Shown piece by piece: positions 29,869 to 40,069 of a stretch of 64,000 nucleotides of DNA (the first letter of the stretch is position 1; every line of letters starts with the position of its first letter). Source of the stretch: an uncultured Pelagibacteraceae bacterium (GTDB taxonomy: Bacteria > Pseudomonadota > Alphaproteobacteria > Pelagibacterales > Pelagibacteraceae); the NCBI GenBank assembly GCA_902635685.1, contig CACPOY010000003.1, positions 16,557 through 80,556 of the forward strand. The letters run 5' to 3'. The notes beneath the pieces were generated by a model. That model had not been told where the DNA came from and did not search any database. It saw nothing but the letters and a program-made list of their open reading frames with translations. Position numbers and translations under genes: made by a program.

Positions 29869-30960
29869 TAAATTTGATACAAAGATTTTTCTAAAAATTC
29901 GTCTATTTCACCATCTAGAATTTTTTTTGGGTTTGTGCTTTCAAAATTTGTTCTATTATCTTTCACTAATTGATAAGGTTGTAATACATATGATCTAATT
30001 TGGTGCCCCCATCCTATTTCAGACTTCGAAGATTGTAATGTCTCACTTTCTTCCTCTTTTTTTTTCATTTCATAATCATAAAGTCTTGCTCTGAGCATAT
30101 TAAGACATGTTTCTTTATTCTTATGTTGAGATCTTTCGTTTTGACATTGTACAACAATTTTAGATGGCAAATGAGTTATTCTCACTGCGCTATCTGTTGT
30201 ATTTACATGCTGTCCTCCTGCCCCGCTTGATCTATATGTATCAATTCTTAAATCTTTATCCAAAATCTCAACTTTAATGTTTTCGTCAACTACAGGATAA
30301 ACCCAAACACTCGCAAAGCTTGTATGCCTTCTTGCACCTGAGTCAAAAGGAGAAATCCTGACTAATCTATGAATACCAGACTCTTTTTTTAACCAGCCAA
30401 AAGTGTAATCCCCTTCAATTTTGATTGTTGAGGATTTAATTCCAGCCTCTTCTCCTTTGTGCTCACTTATTAAATCATATTTAAATTTTTTACTTTCTGC
30501 CCATTTAAGATACATTTTTCTAAGCATACTGGCCCAATCTTGACTTTCAGTTCCACCGGCTCCTGCATGAATTTCAATATAACAATCAAGAATATCGGCA
30601 TCATTAGATAAAAAACATTTTATCTCTGTTTTTTTTATGTCCTTTTTTAATTGTTTTATATTATCTGTTAATTCAATTAACATGTCGTTGTTACTTTCAT
30701 CTGTTGCTAATTTATACAACTCTTTGAAATCTGCTAAGTTTTTTTCTGAATTTTTGTATGAATTTGTTAGATCCTCAAATAACTTTTTTTCTTTTAAGAT
30801 TTTTTTGGATTTGGACTTATCTTGCCAGAAATTAGCTTCTAGCATTTTTTCATTTAAGGCTTTTAATTTTTTAAAAATACTTTTTTTTTCAAAGAAACTC
30901 CTTAACTCTTAAATTAATTCTTTGAACTTCTTCTAAATAATTTGCTAATGAGTTGTCCAT
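29868..30960 (-). CDS. prfB: peptide chain release factor 2 with programmed +1 frameshift
   Basis: GAGGTE.QDW, SPF, GAGGQHVN. The short first frame from ATG 30960 ends at AAG GAG TTT CTT TGA and the +1 frame continues into the main ORF. Confidence 0.95.
30889..30903 (-). promoter_or_regulatory. prfB +1 frameshift cassette (internal SD + CTT TGA)
   Basis: AAGGAG TTT CTT TGA A: internal SD three nt before the slippery CTT-TGA, as in the canonical RF2 autoregulatory site. Confidence 0.9.
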
Positions 30961-33299
30961 TAATAAAATTTGAATATATTATTTGAGTCTTTCATTTTTA
31001 TATTAGTATTTGAAACTTCATTATTAGCAATATCTTTTTTTTTAAAATTTTCGATAATAGTATTTTTTGTCGAAAATTTTACTCTTTGTCCTGTTTCTGG
31101 ATCTACAACCATCATTATTATTCCATCTGGAACTTTAAATGGTCTTGATTCTGATTTTAATGTGGTTTTCTCAACAAAATTTCTAAAAATTGGTAATGCG
31201 GTTTTAGCACCAGTTTCATACTTACCCAAAGGTTCAGGATTATCTGAGCCAGCATAGACACCTATTACAAGATTAGAAGTAAACCCAATAAACCATGTAT
31301 CTGTATTTTTATTTGTAGTTCCAGTTTTACCACCAATATTTAAATTTAAATCTTTTAGTTTTTTTCCAGTACCCCTTAATATAACACCCTCCAAAATCGA
31401 GGTCATTTGATATGCTGTCTGCGAAGAGAAAATTTGTTTATAACTATCAGTTATTTCTGGATAATTATCACTAGAGTAGGATATTTGATCACAATTTTTG
31501 CATTTTCTAATTTCATTATTCAATATTGTATTACCTTCACTGTCTTGAATTCTATCAATTAAAATAGGGCTCACTAATTTACCACCATTAACAAAAGCTG
31601 AATAAGCTGATGTTAATTTTATTAAAGTTGTCTCTGCTGATCCTAATGATATTGATAAAAGTTCATCAGGGTTATCATAAATCCCCAACTGTTCTGAAAA
31701 GTTTACTAACTTTTTCAATCCAAGGTTTTGAGCAATTCTAACTGTCATCAGATTTCTGGATTTTTCAAGACCTGTTCTCAGGGTTGATGGTCCATAAAAT
31801 TTTTTTCCATAGTTTTCGGGCTTCCACTGCTTAAGATCTTCTCCTTGATCTAAAACTAATGGAGCATCTAATATTAAAGTTGATGGAGAGTAGTTATTTT
31901 CTAATGCTAAGGCATAAACAAAAGGTTTAAAAGCAGAGCCTGGTTGCCTTAATGCTTGAGTTGCTCTATTAAATTCACTATTTTTAAAACTAAAGCCTCC
32001 ACTCATTGCTAATACTCTTCCAGTATAAGGATCCATCACAACTATCGCTCCATTTATTTTTGGTAATTGTTTTAAAGAAAAAAACCTTCCATCAATTTTT
32101 TTTACATAGATTACATCTCCAGTTTCAAAAATTTCGCTAAATTCTTTTTTAGTCCAAGTAATATCATTATATTTGATTATTCCTTTTTCATTATCTTCAG
32201 TCTCAATAGAGGTTGAAAATTTATCAATCTTTTTTACAATAGCTAACTTCCAGTTGATTGATTTTTCTAATTTGTAATTTAACAAGTCTTTTGACCAATT
32301 TTTTTTATATCTTTTTAGATTAGTTAAAGGACCTCGCCACCCTTTTCTTCTGTCATATGATAGAAGTCCTTCTCTCAAAGAATTAGTGGCAATCTTCTGT
32401 AATTTTAAGTCTATCGGAGTATTTATATTAAATCCTTGTTTGTAAACTTTGTCATAAGTTAGATCTTCTATAATTTTTTTTCTTACATCCTCTATAAAAT
32501 ATTGTGCATCCTCTAAAAAAACTTTCTCTTTTTTTCTTAAAAATATTCTTTTATTGATTAATTTTTCATAATCATGATTATCAATATATCCATTTTCTAA
32601 TAAATTATTTAGAACTAAATCCCTTCTAAACTTTGCCAATTCAATATTTTTATAAGGGTTGTATCTGCTAGGTGCTTTGGGAAGAGCAGCTAACAATGCA
32701 GACTCTTCATAATTCAAATCTTTGATTGATTTGTCAAAATATTCCAAGCTTGCAGCAGCTACTCCGTAAGCTCCTCCACCTAAATATATTTGATTTAAAT
32801 ATAATTCTAAAATTCTTTCTTTTGTTAAGGCTCTTTCAATCCTAAAAGCTAGAATAGCCTCTTTAATTTTTCTGTTAATACTAACTTCATTTGTTAGTAA
32901 AAAATTTTTAGCCACTTGTTGAGTAATAGTAGAGGCCCCTTCTAACCTTCTTGATTTAATAATATTTGATATATTATTAATTATTGCTCTCAAAACTCCT
33001 TTGGCATCAACTCCCGGGTGTGTAAAAAAATTTTTGTCCTCTGCTGATAAGAAAGAATTTACAACGTTTAATGGTATAGATTCGTAAGGAACAAAAATTC
33101 TTTTTTCCCTAGAAAAATCTGCAACTAAAGTTCCGTCTCCAGAATAAACTTTACTTGAAACTGGAGGCTTATAATTTTTTAAAAATTTATAATCGGGAAT
33201 TTTATTGGAAAAACTCCATAAAATACTTAGAATCAGTGCTCCTGAAAGTAGTATAAAACAACTAATTACCACAATTAAATTTTTAAAAAACTTACTCAT
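30960..33299 (-). CDS. mrcA: penicillin-binding protein 1A
   Basis: Transglycosylase AEDKNF..H.G, GASTITQQ.AKN, RK.KE; transpeptidase PGSAFKP, SRN, KTGT. Confidence 0.95.
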   Translation of the reverse strand: MSKFFKNLIVVISCFILLSGALILSILWSFSNKIPDYKFLKNYKPPVSSKVYSGDGTLVADFSREKRIFVPYESIPLNVVNSFLSAEDKNFFTHPGVDAKGVLRAIINNISNIIKSRRLEGASTITQQVAKNFLLTNEVSINRKIKEAILAFRIERALTKERILELYLNQIYLGGGAYGVAAASLEYFDKSIKDLNYEESALLAALPKAPSRYNPYKNIELAKFRRDLVLNNLLENGYIDNHDYEKLINKRIFLRKKEKVFLEDAQYFIEDVRKKIIEDLTYDKVYKQGFNINTPIDLKLQKIATNSLREGLLSYDRRKGWRGPLTNLKRYKKNWSKDLLNYKLEKSINWKLAIVKKIDKFSTSIETEDNEKGIIKYNDITWTKKEFSEIFETGDVIYVKKIDGRFFSLKQLPKINGAIVVMDPYTGRVLAMSGGFSFKNSEFNRATQALRQPGSAFKPFVYALALENNYSPSTLILDAPLVLDQGEDLKQWKPENYGKKFYGPSTLRTGLEKSRNLMTVRIAQNLGLKKLVNFSEQLGIYDNPDELLSISLGSAETTLIKLTSAYSAFVNGGKLVSPILIDRIQDSEGNTILNNEIRKCKNCDQISYSSDNYPEITDSYKQIFSSQTAYQMTSILEGVILRGTGKKLKDLNLNIGGKTGTTNKNTDTWFIGFTSNLVIGVYAGSDNPEPLGKYETGAKTALPIFRNFVEKTTLKSESRPFKVPDGIIMMVVDPETGQRVKFSTKNTIIENFKKKDIANNEVSNTNIKMKDSNNIFKFY

Positions 33300-33395
33300 T
33301 TTGTTTCCATTATATAAAGGAATTTGTTAAATATAAGGCTTTAAAACACAAAATTTTATGCAATTTAAATTAACAAAAAAATTATCTCAAATTTT

Positions 33396-35192
33396 ATGGA
33401 AAAAAATTTATACATTGATGCATCGCATCCAAACGAAACTAGGGTTGTTCTTAAATCAGGTGATCATATTGAAGATTACGAATATGAAGGTTTAAAGAAC
33501 AATTTAATTAAAAATAATATCTATTTAGGAAAAGTCAGTAGAATTGAACCTTCACTCCAAGCAGCCTTTGTAGACTTCGGGAGAGAAAGACATGGCTTTT
33601 TATCCTTTAATGATATTCAGTCAGATTATTACCAAATACCTCAAAGTGATTTAGAAAAAATTAAAATTGAAGAAGAAAAAATTAGAGAAGAGTTATCAAA
33701 AAAAGTAGAAGCAATTGATAATGAAAATTTAGCAGATGGTAAACTTGAAGCTAACGATCCAGTAGAACCACTCGAGAAAATTGAAGAAGTCAACAAAGAC
33801 AGCTTAAAAGATGATCAAGAAAAAAACTTAGAAAATAGGGTTGAAATCAAACATAAGTTTAAAAGATATAAAATTCAAGAAGTAATAAAACCTAATCAAG
33901 TAATTCTAGTACAAGTAATAAAAGATGAGCGGGGTCAAAAAGGTGCTGCGCTTAGTACTTTTATCTCAATTGCAGGGAAGTATATAGTGCTAATGCCTAA
34001 TACACCAAAAGGTGGGGGTATATCTAGAAAAATATTCAACCCCGCAGAAAGAAAAAAAATAAGAACTATATTGAATGAAATTGAAATTCCCAAAGAAATG
34101 GGGCTTATAGTTAGAACCGCTGGAAGTAACAAAACAAAAAATGATATTAATCACGATCTTGAAACTTTGAAAAGTACTTGGAACCAGATTAAAAATGTGG
34201 CCATAAACTCTATAGCGCCATCACTTATCCACCAAGAAAGTGAAATTATCAAAAGAACTTTAAGAGATATGTACGACGAAAATACAAAAAATATAATAGT
34301 CGAAGGAAATGAGGGTTACAAAAAAGCTCAATCATTCATGAAAATGTTAATTCCATCACATGTTAAAAAAGTAAAAAAGTATAGAGGTAAAATACCACTT
34401 TTTATAAACGAAAATATTGAACAAAAATTAAATCAAATATTTGAGTCAGAGATAAAATTAAACTCTGGTGGTTATCTCGTAATAAATCCCACTGAAGCTT
34501 TGATTTCAATTGACATCAATTCTGGAAGTTCTATCAAGCAAAAGAATATAGAAAGCACAGCGCTTGACACAAATCTTGAAGCAGCTGAAGAGATAGCTAG
34601 ACAAATAAAAATTAGGGATCTATCTGGTTTGATCATAATTGATTTTATAGACATGCTTAATTATGGAAATAGAAAATTGGTGGAAAGAAAACTAAAAGAA
34701 AAATGTAGATTAGATAGAGCAAGAATTCAAATTGGTAGAATAAGTAATTTCGGGTTGCTAGAGATGTCAAGACAAAGATTGAGAGAAAGTGCGATTAAAT
34801 GGAAAATCTCTTTAACTGATGAATCTTTTGCCCTAAAAATTTTGAAGATTGTAGAAATTAAAGCTGTTCTCAATAAAGCTAAATTTGTAGAATTAAAAGT
34901 TTGTGAAAAAATTTCAAATTTTTTAAAAGAAAATTTTATTGAAGATTTAACTTATTTTGAGAAAAAGAATAAAATTAAAATAGATATCATAAGCGAAAAT
35001 ACACTTATCATACCTGAATATATTATTGATTTAAAAAATAAATCGAAAAAGACTTTAGAATTAGTTGAGCACTATGAAAAATTAAAAAATCTTAATCAAC
35101 AAAAAAAAAGTGGAAATATAATTGAATTCAAAGATAAAAAATTTAAAAAAAAATCATTTAAAAAGAAAAAATTTTTTAAAAAAGCTAAATAA
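33396..35192 (+). CDS. rne: ribonuclease E (Rne/Rng family)
   Basis: NIYLG.V.R.EPSLQAAFVD.G..RHGFL, KGAAL.T, D.NSG, RQ...RDL.GL..IDFIDM, FGLLEMSRQR. Confidence 0.93.
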   Translation: MEKNLYIDASHPNETRVVLKSGDHIEDYEYEGLKNNLIKNNIYLGKVSRIEPSLQAAFVDFGRERHGFLSFNDIQSDYYQIPQSDLEKIKIEEEKIREELSKKVEAIDNENLADGKLEANDPVEPLEKIEEVNKDSLKDDQEKNLENRVEIKHKFKRYKIQEVIKPNQVILVQVIKDERGQKGAALSTFISIAGKYIVLMPNTPKGGGISRKIFNPAERKKIRTILNEIEIPKEMGLIVRTAGSNKTKNDINHDLETLKSTWNQIKNVAINSIAPSLIHQESEIIKRTLRDMYDENTKNIIVEGNEGYKKAQSFMKMLIPSHVKKVKKYRGKIPLFINENIEQKLNQIFESEIKLNSGGYLVINPTEALISIDINSGSSIKQKNIESTALDTNLEAAEEIARQIKIRDLSGLIIIDFIDMLNYGNRKLVERKLKEKCRLDRARIQIGRISNFGLLEMSRQRLRESAIKWKISLTDESFALKILKIVEIKAVLNKAKFVELKVCEKISNFLKENFIEDLTYFEKKNKIKIDIISENTLIIPEYIIDLKNKSKKTLELVEHYEKLKNLNQQKKSGNIIEFKDKKFKKKSFKKKKFFKKAK

Positions 35193-35955
35193 CACCTTTA
35201 ATTGGTGAAGATGGTTTTCCCATTAAATTTTTTTCAATTCTACCTGAAAGATAAGACTGTCTTCCTGCTAGTACAGCATTTTTAAAAGCCAAAGCCATAT
35301 TAAATGGTTTTTTTGCTTTAGCGATTGCAGTATTCACTAGTACACCATCACAGCCCAATTCCATTGCAATTGTTGCATCTGACGCTTGTCCTAAACCTGC
35401 ATCTATTACTAAAGGTAATTTAGTTTGTGCTCTTATAATCTTAATATTTACAGTGTTTAAAATACCTAAGCCTGATCCTATCGGTGCTGCTAATGGCATA
35501 ATTGCAGACGCACCCACATTCTCTAATCTCTTTGCCATCAAAGGATCATCGTTACAATAAACCATAACTTTAAAGCCCTCTTTTGCTAAAATCTCAGTAG
35601 ATTTAAGTGTCTCGATCATTTCAGGAAATAGATTTCTTTTATCACCAAGAACCTCTAACTTAACCAATTTCCATCCTCCAATCTCTCTTGCAAGTCTTAA
35701 TGTTCTGAGCGCTTCATCTGAGTTAAAACATCCTGCTGTATTAGGTAAATAAGTAATTTTTTTTGGATTAATGTAGTCCATGAGTAGGGGTTTTTTTGTA
35801 TCGGAAATATTAACTCTTCTCACGGCGACAGTTACAATATCAGCTCCAGATAGTTTAACAGCTTTAGCACACTCATTCATATTCTTATACTTTCCAGTAC
35901 CAATAATTAATCTGGATTTAAATTTTTTCTTAGCAATTATAAATTGATCTTTCAT
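35185..35955 (-). CDS. thiG: thiazole synthase
   Basis: SRL..GTGKY, LPNTAGC, KLEV, MPL.APIGSG.G, DAG.G..SDA..AME.G. Confidence 0.97.
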   Translation of the reverse strand: MKDQFIIAKKKFKSRLIIGTGKYKNMNECAKAVKLSGADIVTVAVRRVNISDTKKPLLMDYINPKKITYLPNTAGCFNSDEALRTLRLAREIGGWKLVKLEVLGDKRNLFPEMIETLKSTEILAKEGFKVMVYCNDDPLMAKRLENVGASAIMPLAAPIGSGLGILNTVNIKIIRAQTKLPLVIDAGLGQASDATIAMELGCDGVLVNTAIAKAKKPFNMALAFKNAVLAGRQSYLSGRIEKNLMGKPSSPIKGVI

Positions 35956-35960
35956 AATTT

Positions 35961-36179
35961 TTAGCCACCTCCAATAAAATGCACAATTTCAACTTTATCA
36001 TTTTTTTTGAGTTTTATTTTATCCAGCTTTTTTTTATCTAAAATTTCTTGATTTAATTCTATGGCTACCTTTTTAATTGGTATCCTTAGATCATTTATTA
36101 GCTTACCAATTTTAGTGTCCTTGGTTATTTGCTTCTCTTTTCCATTTAATTTAATTTTTATTTTTTTTATTTTTTTCAT
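35961..36179 (-). CDS. thiS: sulfur carrier protein ThiS
   Basis: I.LNG, VA.E.N, D.VEIVHFIGGG C-terminus. Confidence 0.95.
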   Translation of the reverse strand: MKKIKKIKIKLNGKEKQITKDTKIGKLINDLRIPIKKVAIELNQEILDKKKLDKIKLKKNDKVEIVHFIGGG

Positions 36180-36195
36180 CGTATATAAGAGTTAA

Positions 36196-36645
36196 ATGAA
36201 TAATAAAATTATTATTATTAATGGTCCAAATCTTAATCTATTAGGTGAAAGAGAACAATCTCAATATGGGACAATAACTTATACGGAATTAAAACAAAAC
36301 TGTATAAATGAATCTAAAAAATTGGGCTTAATAGCAGAATTTGCTCAATCTAATATTGAAGGTGAAATAGTGAATACAATTCAGAATTCAATTAAAAAAT
36401 TTGATGGCATAATTATAAATGCAGCAGCTTTTACCCACACTTCGATTGCAATTAGGGATGCCTTAAGTATATTTAAAAAACCAATTATAGAGCTTCATAT
36501 CTCCAATATTTATAAAAGAGAGGAATTTAGACACAAGTCTCTTATTAGCGATATTGTAACAGGAGGAATTTTTGGTTTGGGTAGTGATGGTTATATTTTA
36601 GCCATAATTTCAATGCAAAAACTTTTAAATAATGAAAATAAATAA
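36196..36645 (+). CDS. aroQ: type II 3-dehydroquinate dehydratase
   Basis: INGPNLNLLG.RE...YG, QSN.EG, N.AAFTHTS.A.RDA, HISN...REEFRH.S. Confidence 0.96.
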   Translation: MNNKIIIINGPNLNLLGEREQSQYGTITYTELKQNCINESKKLGLIAEFAQSNIEGEIVNTIQNSIKKFDGIIINAAAFTHTSIAIRDALSIFKKPIIELHISNIYKREEFRHKSLISDIVTGGIFGLGSDGYILAIISMQKLLNNENK

Positions 36646-37066
36646 AAAAATTATTAAGGAATTGAGTGGTTATCTTGATGAATTTAATCTAACAGAACTA
36701 GAATATACTGATAAGGATACGAAAATAAAAGTCTCAAAAAATAATATTCAAATAAGCAATCAATCTCCATCGTCGAATACACACATAGATCAAATTTTAA
36801 AAGATAAGGAAAGTAACACTCAAGATAAACATGGGATTAAAATAACCTCACCAATTATAGGAACCGCTTATCATGCTCCTGAGCCTGGGGCAAAAAAATT
36901 TGTTGAGGTTGGAAAAAAGATAAAAAAAGGTGATACTGTTATGATTGTAGAGGCGATGAAAACAATGAATCATGTTCCTTCATCTACAGATGGAATTGTT
37001 AAAGAAGTCTGCGTTGAGGATGGTCAACCAGTTGAATTTGGGCAAACAATAGTCATCTTAGAATAA
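36632..37066 (+). CDS. accB: acetyl-CoA carboxylase biotin carboxyl carrier protein
   Basis: SP..GT.Y, EAMKTMN biotinylation motif, VE.GQ. Confidence 0.96.
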   Translation: MKINKKIIKELSGYLDEFNLTELEYTDKDTKIKVSKNNIQISNQSPSSNTHIDQILKDKESNTQDKHGIKITSPIIGTAYHAPEPGAKKFVEVGKKIKKGDTVMIVEAMKTMNHVPSSTDGIVKEVCVEDGQPVEFGQTIVILE

Positions 37067-38403
37067 TGTTTAAAAAAATCTTAATCGCTAACCGTGGTGA
37101 GATTGCGGTAAGAATAATCAGGGCTTGTAAAGAATGGGGAATTTCTACAGTAGCTGTTCATTCAGATGTAGACAGGCAAAGTATGCATGTAAAATTAGCA
37201 GATGAAAGTGTCTGTATAGGCTCTCATCAACCTGCAAATAGTTATTTAAACATTCCAGCCTTATTATCAGCTGTTGAGTTAACGAATGCAGAGGCGGTTC
37301 ATCCAGGATATGGATTTTTATCTGAAAATGCAAATTTTGCTAAAATTTTAGAAGAAAATAAAATTAAATTTATTGGCGCATCCTCAAAACATATAGAAAT
37401 GATGGGTGACAAAATTCAAGCAAAAAAAATAGCAAAAGAAAATGGGTTACCAATAATTGAGGGGTCTGAGGGTGGCATTAATGATATCACTGAAGCAAAA
37501 AAACTATGCAAAAAAGTTGGGTTTCCTGTTTTAATTAAAGCAGCTGGTGGCGGTGGTGGAAAGGGCATGAAGATTGTAAATAAAGAGGAAGAATTTGAAA
37601 CTCTTTTTTCAACAGCAAAATCAGAGGCAAAAAAATATTTTGGTAACGATCAAGTTTACATAGAAAAATTTTTTCAAAACCCAAGACATATTGAGGTGCA
37701 AATTTTATCTGGAAAAAATGGTACAGTGCATTTGCATGAAAGAGATTGTTCAGTCCAAAGAAGACACCAAAAATTGATTGAGGAAACACCAAGTCCAGTT
37801 TTGAATGATGAGATAAGAAAAGATCTTTTTGAAAAGACAGTAAATATGGTGAGTAAAATAGGTTATGAAGGCGCAGGTACAGTTGAATTTATTTATGAAG
37901 ATGGAAAGTTTTACTTTTTAGAAATGAACACAAGAGTTCAAGTTGAACATCCTGTAACAGAAATGGTTACAGGTATAGATATTATCAAAGAACAAATATG
38001 GATTGCATTCTCTGGTGAAACCGCGCTTAAACAAAGTGATATTAATCCTAGAGGCCATGCAATAGAATGTAGAATAAACGCAGAAGATCCAAGTAAAAAT
38101 TTTCAACCCTCGCCAGGGACAATTGGGATGTGTCATCAGCCTTCTGGATTTAGAACAAGGGTAGACGGAGCAATATTTCAAGGACTTAAGGTAACCCCTT
38201 ATTATGATAGTATGGTTTGTAAACTTATTTGTCATGGTAGAAATAGAATTGAGGCAATTCAGAGAATGAATCGATCTTTAGACGAATTTGTAATAGAGGG
38301 CATAAAGACGACAATACCACTTCATAAAAAGCTACTTACTCATAATAAATTTTTAAAATCTGATTTTAACGTTAGTTGGCTCGATAATGAAAAAATAATT
38401 TAG
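37066..38403 (+). CDS. accC: acetyl-CoA carboxylase biotin carboxylase
   Basis: ANRGEIA, HPGYGFLSEN, GGGGKGM, EMNTR.QVEH, ECRINAED. Confidence 0.97.
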   Translation: MFKKILIANRGEIAVRIIRACKEWGISTVAVHSDVDRQSMHVKLADESVCIGSHQPANSYLNIPALLSAVELTNAEAVHPGYGFLSENANFAKILEENKIKFIGASSKHIEMMGDKIQAKKIAKENGLPIIEGSEGGINDITEAKKLCKKVGFPVLIKAAGGGGGKGMKIVNKEEEFETLFSTAKSEAKKYFGNDQVYIEKFFQNPRHIEVQILSGKNGTVHLHERDCSVQRRHQKLIEETPSPVLNDEIRKDLFEKTVNMVSKIGYEGAGTVEFIYEDGKFYFLEMNTRVQVEHPVTEMVTGIDIIKEQIWIAFSGETALKQSDINPRGHAIECRINAEDPSKNFQPSPGTIGMCHQPSGFRTRVDGAIFQGLKVTPYYDSMVCKLICHGRNRIEAIQRMNRSLDEFVIEGIKTTIPLHKKLLTHNKFLKSDFNVSWLDNEKII

Positions 38404-38810
38404 TCACACCCGGTTAACCAGATATCATAAACGGGATGGTCAAAAGGATTAATCGAAGGACTAGATGAGAACATCCAGCCATTAAAAACATATACCTCAT
38501 CGTTTTTTTTATTACTTAGATCTCTCACTTGAACGTAGGCAATAATTTCTGGATCATCATCAAATTCAGAATGTTTGCATTTTATACTTTTGATTTGTAA
38601 ATCAGAATACTTAAAATTTTCTCCATTAATAAGACTTACAGAAATATTTTTTGAACTAATTTTATCTAATATTTTAATTTTTGTATATCTTTTGATAATC
38701 TTATCTTTATCAAATGATATTGAGTTTTGAGTAAAATAAAAAAAAATTAATAAAAAATAAATCAGAAAATTAACTTTTCCAAGTTTTGTATTTTTTTTTT
38801 GAAATTTCAT
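38400..38810 (-). CDS. DUF2155 family protein
   Basis: LDKI, F.GWMFSSSPS...FDHP.YD.W...C; start uncertain. Confidence 0.85.
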   Translation of the reverse strand: MKFQKKNTKLGKVNFLIYFLLIFFYFTQNSISFDKDKIIKRYTKIKILDKISSKNISVSLINGENFKYSDLQIKSIKCKHSEFDDDPEIIAYVQVRDLSNKKNDEVYVFNGWMFSSSPSINPFDHPVYDIWLTGCD

Positions 38811-39132
38811 TATTATTTCTATTCGGGTAATAAGCTTTTTTTGTTCCAGTTAAATTAGGCTGATGGGGTTTTTGCCAATTATGTTTAACAGGTTCTTGGT
38901 TATTTTGTAAGTTGTTTGGAGTATGATGAATCCATGAGTACCATTCAACTGGAATTTTAGATGCATCAATTTCATCAGAATATATTACCCATCTTTTTCC
39001 TTTTTTATTTTCGTAGTATTTATTTCCAAAGTTATCTTTACCTATAAATTTTCCAGAAAAAATTGTTTGAATTCTTGTTCCAAAAGTATCTTGATTCCAC
39101 CAGGTGAAAATTTTTTTAAAAAAAGTCAACAT
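38770..39132 (-). CDS. NADH:ubiquinone oxidoreductase accessory subunit NDUFA12-like
   Basis: TWWN..T.GT, G.D.FGN.YY, RWV.Y, S.IP.EW..W.HH, W.KPH.PNLTGT..AY.P. Confidence 0.93.
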   Translation of the reverse strand: MLTFFKKIFTWWNQDTFGTRIQTIFSGKFIGKDNFGNKYYENKKGKRWVIYSDEIDASKIPVEWYSWIHHTPNNLQNNQEPVKHNWQKPHQPNLTGTKKAYYPNRNNNEISKKKYKTWKS

Positions 39133-39246
39133 ATAAAATTAATAATGTTCAATTCAAAATTGTATAAATTAAATTAGACTAAAATTTGATTTTGTATATA
39201 AATAATTTGATTCATTTTCAAAAAAAAATTAAAAAATTGAGGTCAA

Positions 39247-40068
39247 ATGGCAAAATATTTAGTCGAAACTTATTATACTTGTACGTTTAAAGTTAATCAT
39301 TATTTAGATGATATAAACGAAACTGAGCTTAAAAATCTTGAAAAGAGAGACGATGGAAAATTTGAGGTCTTAGATGTCAAGCTTGACAATAGAAAAACAA
39401 AAAATTTAGATCCAAAAAATAATAAAGTTATCGATAGTCAAGTCGAAATGTCTCAAAACAGTCAAAAGAACGAAAAGAATAATTTAGAAAATATCATTAA
39501 ATCAAAAAAAACAATTTTAGAAAATAATGGCAAAAGATTTAGCATGCCAGATAGAAGGAAAGGATACATTCAGAAAGCTACAATTGGAGACCATAAAGTC
39601 TATTTACATACTGGGGAATATGAAGACGGTAAAATTGGAGAAATTTTCATAGATACAAGTAAAGAGGGAGAACTAGTTAAAGCATTGATGAATAATTTTG
39701 CTATAGCAGTCTCTTTAGGTCTTCAATATGGAGTTCCTTTAGATGAATTTATAAGTGCATTTGTAGGAACAAAGTTTGAGCCTTCTGGGAAAGTTCACGG
39801 TAATGATAGAATATTGACTGCCTCATCTATTCTAGATTATATTTTTAGAGAGTTAGCTATTTCTTATCAAAATCGTGAGGATCTTGCCCATACGCCTGCA
39901 ATAGGATCCTCAGATAATTCTGTGCTAGATGAACAAAACTTAGATGAACAAAATAATTTCTTAAAAATTGTTAAAGATATAACAAGTAAGGGTTTTGTTA
40001 GAAATAATTATAAAAAGAATTTAGTAGATCTGTCTGATGTTAAAATTAATCTAAAAGGTAAAAAATAG
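39247..40068 (+). CDS. stand-alone protein containing the C-terminal (TSCPD-type) domain of class II ribonucleotide reductase NrdJ
   Basis: [35 protein letters not shown]....[48 protein letters not shown]; only 273 aa, no catalytic barrel. Confidence 0.8.
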   Translation: MAKYLVETYYTCTFKVNHYLDDINETELKNLEKRDDGKFEVLDVKLDNRKTKNLDPKNNKVIDSQVEMSQNSQKNEKNNLENIIKSKKTILENNGKRFSMPDRRKGYIQKATIGDHKVYLHTGEYEDGKIGEIFIDTSKEGELVKALMNNFAIAVSLGLQYGVPLDEFISAFVGTKFEPSGKVHGNDRILTASSILDYIFRELAISYQNREDLAHTPAIGSSDNSVLDEQNLDEQNNFLKIVKDITSKGFVRNNYKKNLVDLSDVKINLKGKK

Positions 40069-40069
40069 A

